64,000 nucleotides of DNA from Minisyncoccota bacterium (GTDB taxonomy: Bacteria; Patescibacteriota; Minisyncoccia; Phycocordibacterales; UBA9973): assembly GCA_018062425.1 (NCBI GenBank), contig JAGOSH010000001.1:84957-148956 (forward strand), given 5' to 3'. Position 1 is the stretch's first letter; each line of letters starts with the position of its first letter. The notes beneath the pieces are model-generated. The model had not been told where the DNA came from. It saw nothing but the letters and a program-made list of their open reading frames with translations, and searched no databases. Below are positions 9,773-19,098 of this stretch, piece by piece. Position numbers and translations under genes: made by a program.

Positions 9773-10936
9773 TTATTCCTTGGCAAAGTCGCTTATGGTA
9801 ATTTTCCGTTCGTTTTCTTTGTCGGTGTGTTCTATTTTAATCCAAACTATTATGGCAGTCTCGGAAACCTTTTCGAAAAACTCAGTGGCCCTATCCGCCC
9901 ATTCGATCGAGAACACATGACCCTCGGATATTTTGTCTACCAACCCCAGTGCTTCGAACTCTGCTTCGACTTCGGTAATCCGCCAAGTATCCAGATGATA
10001 CAACATCGGCTTTTTTTCTCTAGCATAGGATCCTTCCACGGTTTCAATTTGGTATTCTTTCTCTACGATAAAGGTAGGAGACAAAACAGGTTCTTTGATT
10101 CCGAGTTCTTTGGCCACACCTTTGGTGAATTCGGTTTTACCAGCACCGAGCTCTCCCTCGAGCGCCAAGACTACTGACTTGTAGCCCAAATAATGTTTAT
10201 ACTTTCGGATCAGCTCTCGGCCTAGCTCCTGAGTTTGTTCTCCGCTTTCAGTTGTGGTTTCACGTACTTTGGTTAAACGCACATCCCCTTGGCGCAGTAC
10301 TGTTTCTCCACCTCCGGTGGTGTCGACTACGGTGGAGGGTTCTCTTTTTGGTAGGGTACCGGCGTCGATAATGAGGTCAATCAAGTTTTTCTGTTTGTCG
10401 CTCACGTTATTCAAGATGTCGTCTATCGTGTAAGGTTTCTTTTTGTACGAAGCGTTAGCCGAGGTTGCGGTTATAGGTTTCCCGATTTTTTTAACAATGT
10501 CACGTACCAATTCGTAGTCTGGTATGCGCACACCGAGGGTGCCAGTCTCCGACTCCACGCCGTTTGCGACCGTGTGTTTACCACGAGACACTACCGTTAT
10601 CGGTCCCGGCAGAAAGTTTTCATACAAGTTGCGGGCGATGTCGTTTACCTCGACATACTCCTCGGCCATTTCGATCGAGTCGACAGCGATGGAAAGAGGT
10701 TTGCCTTCACGTCTGGTTTTGTACGAGAGTAATTTATCAATAGCTTTTTGTTCTGTAGCCAGGGCCCCGATGCCATAGACTGTCTCGGTAGGGAAAATAA
10801 CCAAACCACCAGAAAGCAGAGTGCTTGCGGCGGTGGCTATTATTTCTTCGGTAGGAGTTTCGGATATTTTTAAAACTTTATGCATCTTTTGCATTCTATA
10901 CAGCTTTAGTTTTTTTATCAAATACCTTAGATACAT
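9773..10936 (-). CDS. fusion protein: TsaC/YrdC-like threonylcarbamoyl-AMP synthase plus TsaE (YjeE) ATPase; likely start at 10885 or 10894
   Basis: N-terminal half has FPTETVYGIGA (YrdC/Sua5); C-terminal half has GELGAGKTEFTKG, SPTF and HLDTWR (TsaE). Confidence 0.8.
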   Translation of the reverse strand: MYLRYLIKKLKLYRMQKMHKVLKISETPTEEIIATAASTLLSGGLVIFPTETVYGIGALATEQKAIDKLLSYKTRREGKPLSIAVDSIEMAEEYVEVNDIARNLYENFLPGPITVVSRGKHTVANGVESETGTLGVRIPDYELVRDIVKKIGKPITATSANASYKKKPYTIDDILNNVSDKQKNLIDLIIDAGTLPKREPSTVVDTTGGGETVLRQGDVRLTKVRETTTESGEQTQELGRELIRKYKHYLGYKSVVLALEGELGAGKTEFTKGVAKELGIKEPVLSPTFIVEKEYQIETVEGSYAREKKPMLYHLDTWRITEVEAEFEALGLVDKISEGHVFSIEWADRATEFFEKVSETAIIVWIKIEHTDKENERKITISDFAKE

Positions 10937-10972
10937 TGTTAATTTCTGCTCCTCTGCTTATAATGAAGAGCA

Positions 10973-12238
10973 ATGAGAAATAGAGTCAAAGAATATTGGA
11001 AAGCTTTGGGTCCCGGACTCACTACTGGTGCCGCCGATGACGATCCGTCGGGTATTGCTACCTACTCACAAGTCGGCGCTTCGCACGGTTTTTCTTTTGC
11101 TTGGCTCTCACTATTTTCTTTTCCGCTGATGGCGGTGGTAAATGAAATGTGCGCCCGTATCGGCATAGTCACTGGAATAGGTTTGGCTGAAAACATAAAA
11201 AGGCACTATTCAAAAACAGTACTGTACATCTGTACCTTTCTTTTGGTGTTTGCCAATGTTTTCAATATTGGGGCTGATTTGGGCGCGATGGGTAAAGCTA
11301 CGGAATTGTTGTTTCCCAAAGCACCTTTCCCTTTGTTAGTGATACTTTTTGCTGTCCTGTCTCTTTTGCTGCAAGTTTTTATTCCATATAGAAAATATTC
11401 TAAATATTTAAAATATTTAACCTTCGCTTTATTCACCTATGTGTTATCCGCCCTCACTCTAGCGATAGATTGGGGTGACGTTCTGTATCACACAATAATT
11501 CCAACCATGAATTTTGGCCGGGATGAAATAATTTTAGTTTGTGCCGTACTGGGTACAACCATAAGCCCGTATCTTTTTTTCTGGCAAACCTCCGTGGAGG
11601 TAGAGGAGCAGATAATGAAGGGTGAAACTACCGAAGAATCTCGTCGACTGAATGTTAGTAAAAAGGAAATAAACGATATGCGTTTGGATGTGTGGTCCGG
11701 CGCTCTCGTTTCTAACCTGGTCATGTTTTCTATTATTGCCGTTTGTGGCGCAGTGTTATTCAAAAATGGAATTACAAATATTGAATCTGCCGAACAAGCC
11801 GCCTTGGCTCTGCGACCATTTGCTGGTGATTTTTCATATTTTCTTTTTACTCTAGGCATTATTGGTACCGGACTTCTGGCGATACCTGTTTTGGCCGGGT
11901 CAGCATCATACGCCGTGTCTGAGTCGCTCAAATGGAAGGAAGGACTTTATTTGAATTTTAAACAAGCGTATTCTTTTTATGGGGTCATAATAGCAGCAGT
12001 GTTACTAGGCATAGGACTTAATTTTATTGGGCTTCACCCCATCAAAACGCTGATCTATTCAGCTGTGCTAAATGGTATCATCGCTCCGATCATGATATTT
12101 TTCATTCTTCGAATCAGTAGCGATGCTAATATCATGAGTGGTTATAAAAACAACCGAATTACCAACATAGTAGGGTGGTTTACATTCCTCATCATGTCTC
12201 TCGTCAGTATTTTTGTGGTTGTCTCTCTTGTTTTGTAA
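10973..12238 (+). CDS. Nramp-family transporter, divergent metal-site motifs
   Basis: DDDPSGIATYSQ in TM1 region and about 11 TM segments; TTGTTA-17-TATAAT promoter 8 nt before the ATG. Confidence 0.75.
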   Translation: MRNRVKEYWKALGPGLTTGAADDDPSGIATYSQVGASHGFSFAWLSLFSFPLMAVVNEMCARIGIVTGIGLAENIKRHYSKTVLYICTFLLVFANVFNIGADLGAMGKATELLFPKAPFPLLVILFAVLSLLLQVFIPYRKYSKYLKYLTFALFTYVLSALTLAIDWGDVLYHTIIPTMNFGRDEIILVCAVLGTTISPYLFFWQTSVEVEEQIMKGETTEESRRLNVSKKEINDMRLDVWSGALVSNLVMFSIIAVCGAVLFKNGITNIESAEQAALALRPFAGDFSYFLFTLGIIGTGLLAIPVLAGSASYAVSESLKWKEGLYLNFKQAYSFYGVIIAAVLLGIGLNFIGLHPIKTLIYSAVLNGIIAPIMIFFILRISSDANIMSGYKNNRITNIVGWFTFLIMSLVSIFVVVSLVL

Positions 12239-12295
12239 AAAGCTGATTTGAGGTTATACTACTTAGAGTTTTATTAATTAAATATTTCAAAAAAC

Positions 12296-12739
12296 ATGAA
12301 AAACAAAATGTGGTTGTGGGTATTAATAGTAATTTTGGTGGTTGCAGGTCTCGTCTATGTGGCAGGGAAAGGCAAAGCACCAACAGAAGAAATCATGCAA
12401 GTAGAAGGAGTAAAAATGACAGTATTACAAGAAGGCTCTGGTGAGGCGGCTAAAGCAGGCGACAAGGTTTCTATGAACTATACCGGAAGGTTAGTTGACG
12501 GCACAGTGTTTGATTCAAACGTAGATCCAAAGTTCAACCACGTAGAACCATTTACCTTTAACCTTGGCGCAGGTGAAGTTATCAAAGGTTGGGACACTGC
12601 GATCGTGGGCATGAAAGCAGGTGAGAAAAGAACTCTTGAAATTGAACCAGCAGCTGCTTATGGGGATCAACCAGTCGGACCAATCCCACCAAATTCAACT
12701 TTGATTTTCGATGTTGAATTAGTTTCTATTAACAATTAA
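12296..12739 (+). CDS. FKBP-type peptidyl-prolyl cis-trans isomerase with N-terminal membrane anchor
   Basis: YTGRLVDGTVFDSN, GEVIKGWD and LIFDVELV motifs. Confidence 0.9.
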   Translation: MKNKMWLWVLIVILVVAGLVYVAGKGKAPTEEIMQVEGVKMTVLQEGSGEAAKAGDKVSMNYTGRLVDGTVFDSNVDPKFNHVEPFTFNLGAGEVIKGWDTAIVGMKAGEKRTLEIEPAAAYGDQPVGPIPPNSTLIFDVELVSINN

Positions 12740-12750
12740 ATATTAAACAT

Positions 12751-13557
12751 ATGATAGATTTAGAACCAGTAAAAAAGGAAAAGATGTTTAAGGCCGTTTT
12801 GGCCTTGGTGGTGATACTTTGTTTTTACTTTGGTATCAAAGGACTGATGCTTCTGTCAGACGATAAAGATAGCGAGGTTAATCAAAACGTTATTACTGTA
12901 ACCGGTCATGGGGAAGTAAATGCAGCTCCAGACTTGGCGACAGTCTACTTTACAGTAGAAGACAGCAAAAATACTCAGAAAGCAGCTAGCGACGAAGTAA
13001 ATACAAAAATGAAGAAGGTGCTAGAGTTTTTGAAAGGTGCAGGTATAGAGGATAAGGATATCAAGACCGAAGCTTACAATTCTTACCCTAAGTATTCACA
13101 AGGAAAACCTTGCCCACCTTACTACAGTGAAGGAATGCTACCTTGTGTCCAAGCTGAAGCAAAAATCATCGGCTACACAGTGTCTCAGAGCATAACTGTA
13201 AAAATCCGTAAGATCGACGATAACCTATCCAAGGTTCTCGATGGCATAAACAGCTTTGGAGTGAGCAATATGTCCGGACCTACCATGACCATCGACGACG
13301 AAGATGGACTCAAAGCAGAAGCTCGCAAAGAGGCTATCAAAGAAGCAAAAGAAAAGGCCAAAGTGCTAGCTCGGGACCTAGGGGTCAGGCTTGGTGACGT
13401 AACCTCTTTCAATGAAAATTCCGGAGGTTATCCGATGTACTACGCCAAAGGTGCCATGGCCTTTGACTCAGTAGCAGAATCTGCCCCAGCCCCACAGATA
13501 CCAAAGGGTGAGAATACTATCTCCTCTGACGTAACCATAACCTACGAAATTAAGTAA
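12751..13557 (+). CDS. SIMPL/DUF541-family protein with N-terminal TM anchor
   Basis: ITVTGHGEV...APDLA and C-terminal GENTISSDVTITYEI are typical of the SIMPL family. Confidence 0.7.
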   Translation: MIDLEPVKKEKMFKAVLALVVILCFYFGIKGLMLLSDDKDSEVNQNVITVTGHGEVNAAPDLATVYFTVEDSKNTQKAASDEVNTKMKKVLEFLKGAGIEDKDIKTEAYNSYPKYSQGKPCPPYYSEGMLPCVQAEAKIIGYTVSQSITVKIRKIDDNLSKVLDGINSFGVSNMSGPTMTIDDEDGLKAEARKEAIKEAKEKAKVLARDLGVRLGDVTSFNENSGGYPMYYAKGAMAFDSVAESAPAPQIPKGENTISSDVTITYEIK

Positions 13558-13571
13558 ATCCTTTACCTGGG

Positions 13572-13600
13572 TTGACTAATTCTCGAAAAAGGAGTATATT
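13572..13600 (+). promoter_or_regulatory. sigma70-like promoter TTGACT-17-TATATT for secE-nusG-rplK
   Basis: TTGACT 13572-13577, TATATT 13595-13600; hairpin AGCCCT/AGGGCT plus T-run follows at 13606-13625. Confidence 0.55.
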
Positions 13601-13645
13601 TAAAGAGCCCTGCGAAGGGCTTTTTAAATAGAAAAAATCAAAATA

Positions 13646-13831
13646 ATGTCAAAAATAACTGAATTTTTAAAAGAAACAAAGACTGAACTCAAGCATGTAT
13701 CATGGCCTACTCGTAGACTAACCATACTCTACACCATAGTTGTGGTGGTACTTTCTGTACTGGTTGCGTATTTCTTGGGATTGTTCGACTTCCTATTCTC
13801 ACTCGGACTTAAACAAATTATTTTCTTTTAA
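13646..13831 (+). CDS. secE: preprotein translocase subunit SecE
   Basis: 61 aa, single C-terminal TM, directly upstream of nusG. Confidence 0.85.
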   Translation: MSKITEFLKETKTELKHVSWPTRRLTILYTIVVVVLSVLVAYFLGLFDFLFSLGLKQIIFF

Positions 13832-13840
13832 TTTTTAAAA

Positions 13841-14386
13841 ATGTCAAAACAAGAAGAACAAGGAAAGAGGAATTGGTACGCTATTCACACCTATGCGGGG
13901 TATGAAAACGTGGTTTTGCGTAACCTAAAACAGCGTATCGAATCTCTAGGTATGAATGAAAAGATTTTCAACGTTATTGTACCAGTTGAGAAAAAGATCA
14001 AGATCAAAGCCGGCAAGCGTGTAGAAGTAGAAGAAAAAATATATCCAGGTTATGTATTGGTGGACATGATTGTGACCGATGATTCTTGGTATGTTGTCCG
14101 CAACACCCCTCGAGTTACAGGCTTCGTGGGTGCAGGGGTTAACCCAGTGCCACTAGCCAAAGAAGAAGTTGATTATCTGTTCCGCAAAATGGAAGGTGGT
14201 CAAGCTAAACACAACATCGACCTGGCTATCGACGAATCTGTACTCATCACCGACGGCCCATTCAAGGACTTGGAAGGCAAGGTAAACTCTGTAGACACTG
14301 AACGAGGCAAGGTCAAGGTATTGGTTTCAATGTTCGGACGAGAAACACCTGTGGAATTAGACTTCTTGCAGGTTAAGAAAATATAA
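13841..14386 (+). CDS. nusG: transcription termination/antitermination factor NusG
   Basis: WYAIHTYAGYENVV NGN domain and C-terminal KOW; conserved secE-nusG-rplK order. Confidence 0.92.
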   Translation: MSKQEEQGKRNWYAIHTYAGYENVVLRNLKQRIESLGMNEKIFNVIVPVEKKIKIKAGKRVEVEEKIYPGYVLVDMIVTDDSWYVVRNTPRVTGFVGAGVNPVPLAKEEVDYLFRKMEGGQAKHNIDLAIDESVLITDGPFKDLEGKVNSVDTERGKVKVLVSMFGRETPVELDFLQVKKI

Positions 14387-14453
14387 ATATTAAATAATTT
14401 AACTCGCTTCTAAGTTAAATTATGTACCAGATTTAAAAAGTAATAAAAAAGAT

Positions 14454-14876
14454 ATGGCAAAGAAAGTAACAAAAAAAATTAAATTACAGATAGAGGCTGG
14501 TAAAGCAACTCCAGCTGGAAAGCTTGGTCCCGCACTCGGACAGGCAGGTATTAACATCGGCGACTTCGTTACCAAGTTCAACGCTGCTACCCAAAAAATG
14601 GCTGGACATGTTGTTTCAGTAGTTATCTCTGTTTTCGATGACCGCAGTTATGATTTCATAGTTAAAACTCCTCCTGCAACAGGACTCATCCTCAAGGCTG
14701 CTGGTATAGCCAAGGGCTCCGGCAAGAATGCAGTTTCCAAAGTGGGCAAGATCACTCGCGCACAAGCACTTGAAATCGCTAACTTCAAAGGAACTGATAT
14801 AAACGCAAAAGACGACGAAGGCAAGATCGCTATCATCGCTGGCTCTGCTCGAAGTATGGGCATAACCGTAGAATAA
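14454..14876 (+). CDS. rplK: 50S ribosomal protein L11
   Basis: [26 protein letters not shown] sequence. Confidence 0.95.
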   Translation: MAKKVTKKIKLQIEAGKATPAGKLGPALGQAGINIGDFVTKFNAATQKMAGHVVSVVISVFDDRSYDFIVKTPPATGLILKAAGIAKGSGKNAVSKVGKITRAQALEIANFKGTDINAKDDEGKIAIIAGSARSMGITVE

Positions 14877-14893
14877 ATTTTTGTAAATAAAAT

Positions 14894-14921
14894 AAAAAAC
14901 CTCTCAGACGAGAGGTTTTTT
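14894..14921. terminator. bidirectional rho-independent terminator between rplK and dcd
   Basis: A-run, stem AACCTCTC/GAGAGGTT, T-run. Confidence 0.75.
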
Positions 14922-14925
14922 ATTT

Positions 14926-15462
14926 TTAGAATTCGTTCTTCCACATCATGGATTCTTTGGGTAGGTGTTCTTGGTTAGCGTATTTTGGATTTTTCTTTTT
15001 GCCGTAAAGTCTTTCTGCTTTGCCGTCGACAACATAATAAATCATTTGACCCACCGGCATACCAGCATAGACTCTAACCGGTTTTGAAACAGAAAGTTCG
15101 AGTGTCCAATATCCGCAAAACCCCACATCACCCTTGCCGGCTGTGGCGTGGATGTCTATGCCGAGCCTTCCAGTAGAAGATTTGCCTTCAAGGAAGGGAA
15201 CATGTTTATGTGTTTCGGTGTATTCTTCGGTAGATCCTAGGTACAGTTGTCCCGGCTTCAAAACATAACCATTTTTAGGAATTACAAAATGCTTTATTTT
15301 GTTATGCTTTTTGGCATCGAGGGTCTTGTCTACATACTGAGCTAAATGCTTAGACAGGTGTACGTCATAAGAATTACCACCCATGTTTTCTATATTAAAT
15401 GGTTTAAGCACTATACTACCTTTTTTAATTTCGGCTAAGATTTTTTTATCTGAAAGTATCAT
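14926..15462 (-). CDS. dcd: dCTP deaminase
   Basis: MILSDKKILAEI N-terminus, 178 aa, dUTPase-like fold family. Confidence 0.8.
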   Translation of the reverse strand: MILSDKKILAEIKKGSIVLKPFNIENMGGNSYDVHLSKHLAQYVDKTLDAKKHNKIKHFVIPKNGYVLKPGQLYLGSTEEYTETHKHVPFLEGKSSTGRLGIDIHATAGKGDVGFCGYWTLELSVSKPVRVYAGMPVGQMIYYVVDGKAERLYGKKKNPKYANQEHLPKESMMWKNEF

Positions 15463-15483
15463 GGTACAAGTCTGGCATATTAT

Positions 15484-16839
15484 TTATTTCAGCACAATAT
15501 CATGCTCTCCACGTTTGATATCGAAACGGTCTATCTCCGGATCCAAATGCATCACTAGACCCGATTTACCGAAAAGCTCTGACAATGTATCCGCCAGCAT
15601 TTTGGCCTTTTTACGTAGCGTTGGATGCACGAATTGGGTTGCCCGCAGTTCCGCCAGGTATACCAACGCCGGCAAGTTACCGGTTAATCGGTTTGAAATT
15701 TTGTATCCCATGGCGACATAGTATTGCCTTTCTTCTTTTGAAACTTCGAGGGTGTTAACTTTGTCTTCCTGTGTTTTTAAAAATGTTTTTGCTTTGTCTT
15801 GGAGTTCTGCTGGTAGTTCATCCAAGTACCAACTCTCGAAACCAATATCCATGGTAAGTAGTGGCATGCGCTGAGTCACCGCACGATGTCTTTGGAGGTC
15901 GCGGAAGGATCCAAAGTCGAGCAAGAATTCAAATTGCAGATTGCCGGCTTCTGCTAGGTGCCTAGGTAGTTCGGTTTTTGGAGGCCTGCTCGATAGGGTT
16001 TCTTTTTGCAAGAGATTTGTATCAACCGCGTTGTTAACCAATTTAAATTCCGGAGAATCAGCTTTGTGATAATAGTAATCATTCTTCATCCAATACTCGT
16101 TGTACGCTTCGGTGGCTTCGTAGTGTTTGTGTCCGAATGAATTTGGAAATGCTAGAAGTAGCGCTGCCTCTACGGCCTCGGCTGTATTTCGGACTTCGGG
16201 TAGGGGATGATGACGTATCAGAGCAATCTTGTCTGCTGCTTGGCGGAGGTTGGTATGCCAGGCCAGGTTCGTGGTTGATCCAGCTGGCAGGAAGCCACGC
16301 AAGATATCAAAGGCTCGAGCGTTAATGGCTTTGTTGTAAATATTTTCTTTCTCGTCGGCGCCGATGGGGAACTGTTGTTTCAAGTATTCTACTGTTGGTC
16401 CCATTGCTTCTATATAAAAACTTCTATAACTCTCTAGTATTTCTTCACCTTCTTTGGTCCCCAAAGGGTTCTTGAATGGTTGAATTTGGAAATCAATATA
16501 TCTGGTAGAAGATTCTTGGCCGGAATAAAGCGCCCAGTCTTGGATGGCCTTGGCGGTGAGCATGGAAACTCCTTCGATAAAAATAGAAACGGTTCCGCAG
16601 TCACCGATGGATTTGTGCCCGTAGCCGACGTAGAAATTTTTCATGAAATTCTCCGCTCCTTTCTCGGCTAGAATTTTCAAATGACTTTCGAGTCCGCCGA
16701 TGGAACGGGAATGGAGGGCTTGGAGCATGGCTTCGGATTCGGGATTGATGGTGGAACCAGTGTCGAGGATTATGACGATACCCCCGCCTTTGATTTCTAC
16801 TTTAGAGTGCTTTAAATCAACAATATTTTTATCAGACAT
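15484..16839 (-). CDS. long-form flavin-dependent thymidylate synthase (ThyX)-like protein; track ORF extends to 16932
   Basis: GHKSIGDCG...IEGVS, YSGQESSTRY and LQRHR resemble split ThyX motifs; TATAAT lies 6 nt before the ATG at 16839. Confidence 0.55.
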   Translation of the reverse strand: MSDKNIVDLKHSKVEIKGGGIVIILDTGSTINPESEAMLQALHSRSIGGLESHLKILAEKGAENFMKNFYVGYGHKSIGDCGTVSIFIEGVSMLTAKAIQDWALYSGQESSTRYIDFQIQPFKNPLGTKEGEEILESYRSFYIEAMGPTVEYLKQQFPIGADEKENIYNKAINARAFDILRGFLPAGSTTNLAWHTNLRQAADKIALIRHHPLPEVRNTAEAVEAALLLAFPNSFGHKHYEATEAYNEYWMKNDYYYHKADSPEFKLVNNAVDTNLLQKETLSSRPPKTELPRHLAEAGNLQFEFLLDFGSFRDLQRHRAVTQRMPLLTMDIGFESWYLDELPAELQDKAKTFLKTQEDKVNTLEVSKEERQYYVAMGYKISNRLTGNLPALVYLAELRATQFVHPTLRKKAKMLADTLSELFGKSGLVMHLDPEIDRFDIKRGEHDIVLK

Positions 16840-16876
16840 AGGGACATTATATCTTTTATCTACCAACCACCAAAGT

Positions 16877-16905
16877 TTGACAAAATACAGCAAACGTGTT
16901 AGTTT
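16877..16905 (+). promoter_or_regulatory. sigma70-like promoter TTGACA-17-(TGt)TAGTTT
   Basis: TTGACA 16877-16882, TAGTTT 16900-16905; 26 of 35 positions are identical to the promoter at 461. Confidence 0.4.
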
Positions 16906-17039
16906 CCAAGCAAATGTTTTGATCTTTGACAAGGGAGTGTCTAAGTAAAATAATAAATTTTTTGATTAGTACTGGTTATTTTTAATGTAATATTCAGAGA
17001 ATTTGTTATTTTTCTTTTTCACTAAAACGGTTAAACACC

Positions 17040-17516
17040 ATGTTAAAAACATTGCTCTTATCCTTGCTCATCGGCCTTATGCCTATTTTCCTCAATGCAC
17101 AGGCCATTGTCACGGAAGAAGTAGATACTTCCGGTAAAATTACGCGTAGGTTATTGGAAGAACATCTTGTCGTCACAGCAGCAGCACTCCCGGATGGTGC
17201 CGTCAAACTGATTGTCTCGAACCGTTTCAACGACTATGTATGGCTTAAAGAAGGGGCCGAAGTGTTGGATCGGCAAATCAGTTTCCTTGCCGATGAAATT
17301 TTCCGCTATAAGACCGAGTTGAAAGAGGCTAAAAAAATGCTTGCGCAACTCAAAAAACAAAAGGCGGAAAAAAGCGAACAACAAGCCCAGGCATTGGTCG
17401 TGAAGGGGATCGAAAAACAAGTCACCAAGCTCAAGGCCGATCGCAAGTTATTAAAGATCGCAAAACGACCCTATGGCAAAGCCCTCGCCGCGGCCAATCG
17501 GCACAAACCGCAGTAG
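17040..17516 (+). CDS. secreted coiled-coil hypothetical protein (signal ending ...FLNAQA)
   Basis: Signal peptide plus Lys/Glu/Gln-rich heptad-like C-terminal half. Confidence 0.5.
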   Translation: MLKTLLLSLLIGLMPIFLNAQAIVTEEVDTSGKITRRLLEEHLVVTAAALPDGAVKLIVSNRFNDYVWLKEGAEVLDRQISFLADEIFRYKTELKEAKKMLAQLKKQKAEKSEQQAQALVVKGIEKQVTKLKADRKLLKIAKRPYGKALAAANRHKPQ

Positions 17517-17611
17517 TAATCATTGCTCCTTTCTAAATCTTTTAAAATCATTTAAAACACCAGAATACGCCAGTACATAAGTACCCGTGTCCTGGTGTTT
17601 TCTGTTTTTAG

Positions 17612-17640
17612 TTGACAATTTTTGTAATCAATGCTACTCT
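17612..17640 (+). promoter_or_regulatory. sigma70-like promoter TTGACA-17-(TGc)TACTCT for the DEAD-box helicase
   Basis: TTGACA 17612-17617, TACTCT 17635-17640. Confidence 0.5.
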
Positions 17641-17739
17641 TGGAGCATCATTCTCACTCTTAATTAACGAGACTGACGATTGTGGAAATCATCTATGACT
17701 TTTGTGTCTAGGGATCGATATCCATGACACAAAAAATAT

Positions 17740-19098
17740 ATGATTAAAACACGCAGTAACGCGCGACCTGCATTTTCAGGTTCACGCACAGCTCGCCCGG
17801 CGAGCAAACCTTCCAGTTTTGGAAGTAAACCTTCTTCTTTTGGAAGAAGTAAACCAGCCAGTTCTACTGGCGGTACATTTAGAAAAAGTTTTAGCAGTGC
17901 ACCACGTAGTGGGGGATTTCACAGTTCCAGGCCTCCTTTCCAAAGAGGTGGATTTAAAAAGTCTGGTGGTGGTGGAGGCCGCGGCAAGGGTCGTGGTGAC
18001 AGAATAGACTTTTCTCGCTTTATCCAAAAAGCAGTACACGTAGAAGAGAAGCCATACATAGCCAAACACACATTTGCAGACTTTCCGTTTGAAGCTCAAC
18101 TCCATAAAAATATTGCAAAGAAGGGTTATTCTAATCCTCGACCAATCCAAGACCAATCTATCAATGCAGTCCTAGAAGGTAAAGACGTTTTTGGTATGGC
18201 GAACACTGGTACCGGCAAGACCGCGGCGTTCCTTTTGCCTTTGATAAACAAAGTTATGAAAAACAAGACTCAAAAAGTCTTGGTGCTTGCTCCTACTCGT
18301 GAGCTTGCAATCCAGATCGAGGATGAGTTGCGCTCACTGGCTACTGGCTCAGGACTCTACGGAGTCTGTGTTGTTGGAGGTATGCCGATCAACAAGCAAA
18401 TCGATGAAATAAAAAGGGGAGTTCAATTTGTTATCGGTACTCCAGGACGTGTAACTGACTTAATCAAAAGAAAGATTCTAGACTTAACTCCTTATAAATA
18501 CGTCGTGCTTGATGAAGCTGACCGAATGCTCGATATGGGATTCCGTGATGACATGGTTTTCATCTTAGACAAGACCTCAGCTGACAGGCAGACACTTTTC
18601 TTCTCAGCGACACTCTCACCAGAGATAAAAAAACTGACAGCAGACTTTCTGAAGGATCCAGTATTTATTTCTGTGGTTTCAGGCGAGACCGCCAAGAACA
18701 TAGACCAAGATGTAATACGCGTAAAGAACGAACAGAAATTCGATAAACTTTGCGAAGTCTTGAAAGAAGAAGGCACCGACAAGATTTTGATTTTCCGAGA
18801 AATGAAACACGCTGTGGATTCCTTGACCAAGGACCTGCACAAAGTTGGTTTCAAGGTTGGATGCATCCATGGTGACAAACGAAGCCGGGAGCGTATTCGT
18901 ACTTTGGATTTTTTCAAAAAAGACCAGATCAATATTCTCATCGCTACTGATGTAGCGGCACGAGGACTCGATATTCCAGATGTAACCCACGTCATAAACT
19001 ACGATGTGCCCCAGACTTATGACACCTATGTGCACCGTATTGGCCGTACTGGCCGTTCGGGCAAGAAGGGAACCGCGCTTACTTTCGTGCCAGCTTAG
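17740..19098 (+). CDS. DEAD-box ATP-dependent RNA helicase with about 95-aa N-terminal Ser/Arg/Gly/Lys-rich tail
   Basis: Q-motif PRPIQ, AxTGTGKT, PTRELA, DEAD, SAT, HRIGRTGR. Confidence 0.92.
   Translation: MIKTRSNARPAFSGSRTARPASKPSSFGSKPSSFGRSKPASSTGGTFRKSFSSAPRSGGFHSSRPPFQRGGFKKSGGGGGRGKGRGDRIDFSRFIQKAVHVEEKPYIAKHTFADFPFEAQLHKNIAKKGYSNPRPIQDQSINAVLEGKDVFGMANTGTGKTAAFLLPLINKVMKNKTQKVLVLAPTRELAIQIEDELRSLATGSGLYGVCVVGGMPINKQIDEIKRGVQFVIGTPGRVTDLIKRKILDLTPYKYVVLDEADRMLDMGFRDDMVFILDKTSADRQTLFFSATLSPEIKKLTADFLKDPVFISVVSGETAKNIDQDVIRVKNEQKFDKLCEVLKEEGTDKILIFREMKHAVDSLTKDLHKVGFKVGCIHGDKRSRERIRTLDFFKKDQINILIATDVAARGLDIPDVTHVINYDVPQTYDTYVHRIGRTGRSGKKGTALTFVPA

Noticed and set aside
14366-14423. Possible promoter (TTGCAG-16-TATTAA) and 11-bp A/T hairpin (14394-14404/14413-14423) before rplK, considered as another +1 hairpin case or an L1-binding leader.
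   Set aside because: The -35 and -10 boxes are weak, the stem is almost entirely A/T, and no T-run follows. It is too uncertain to count with the six clear cases.
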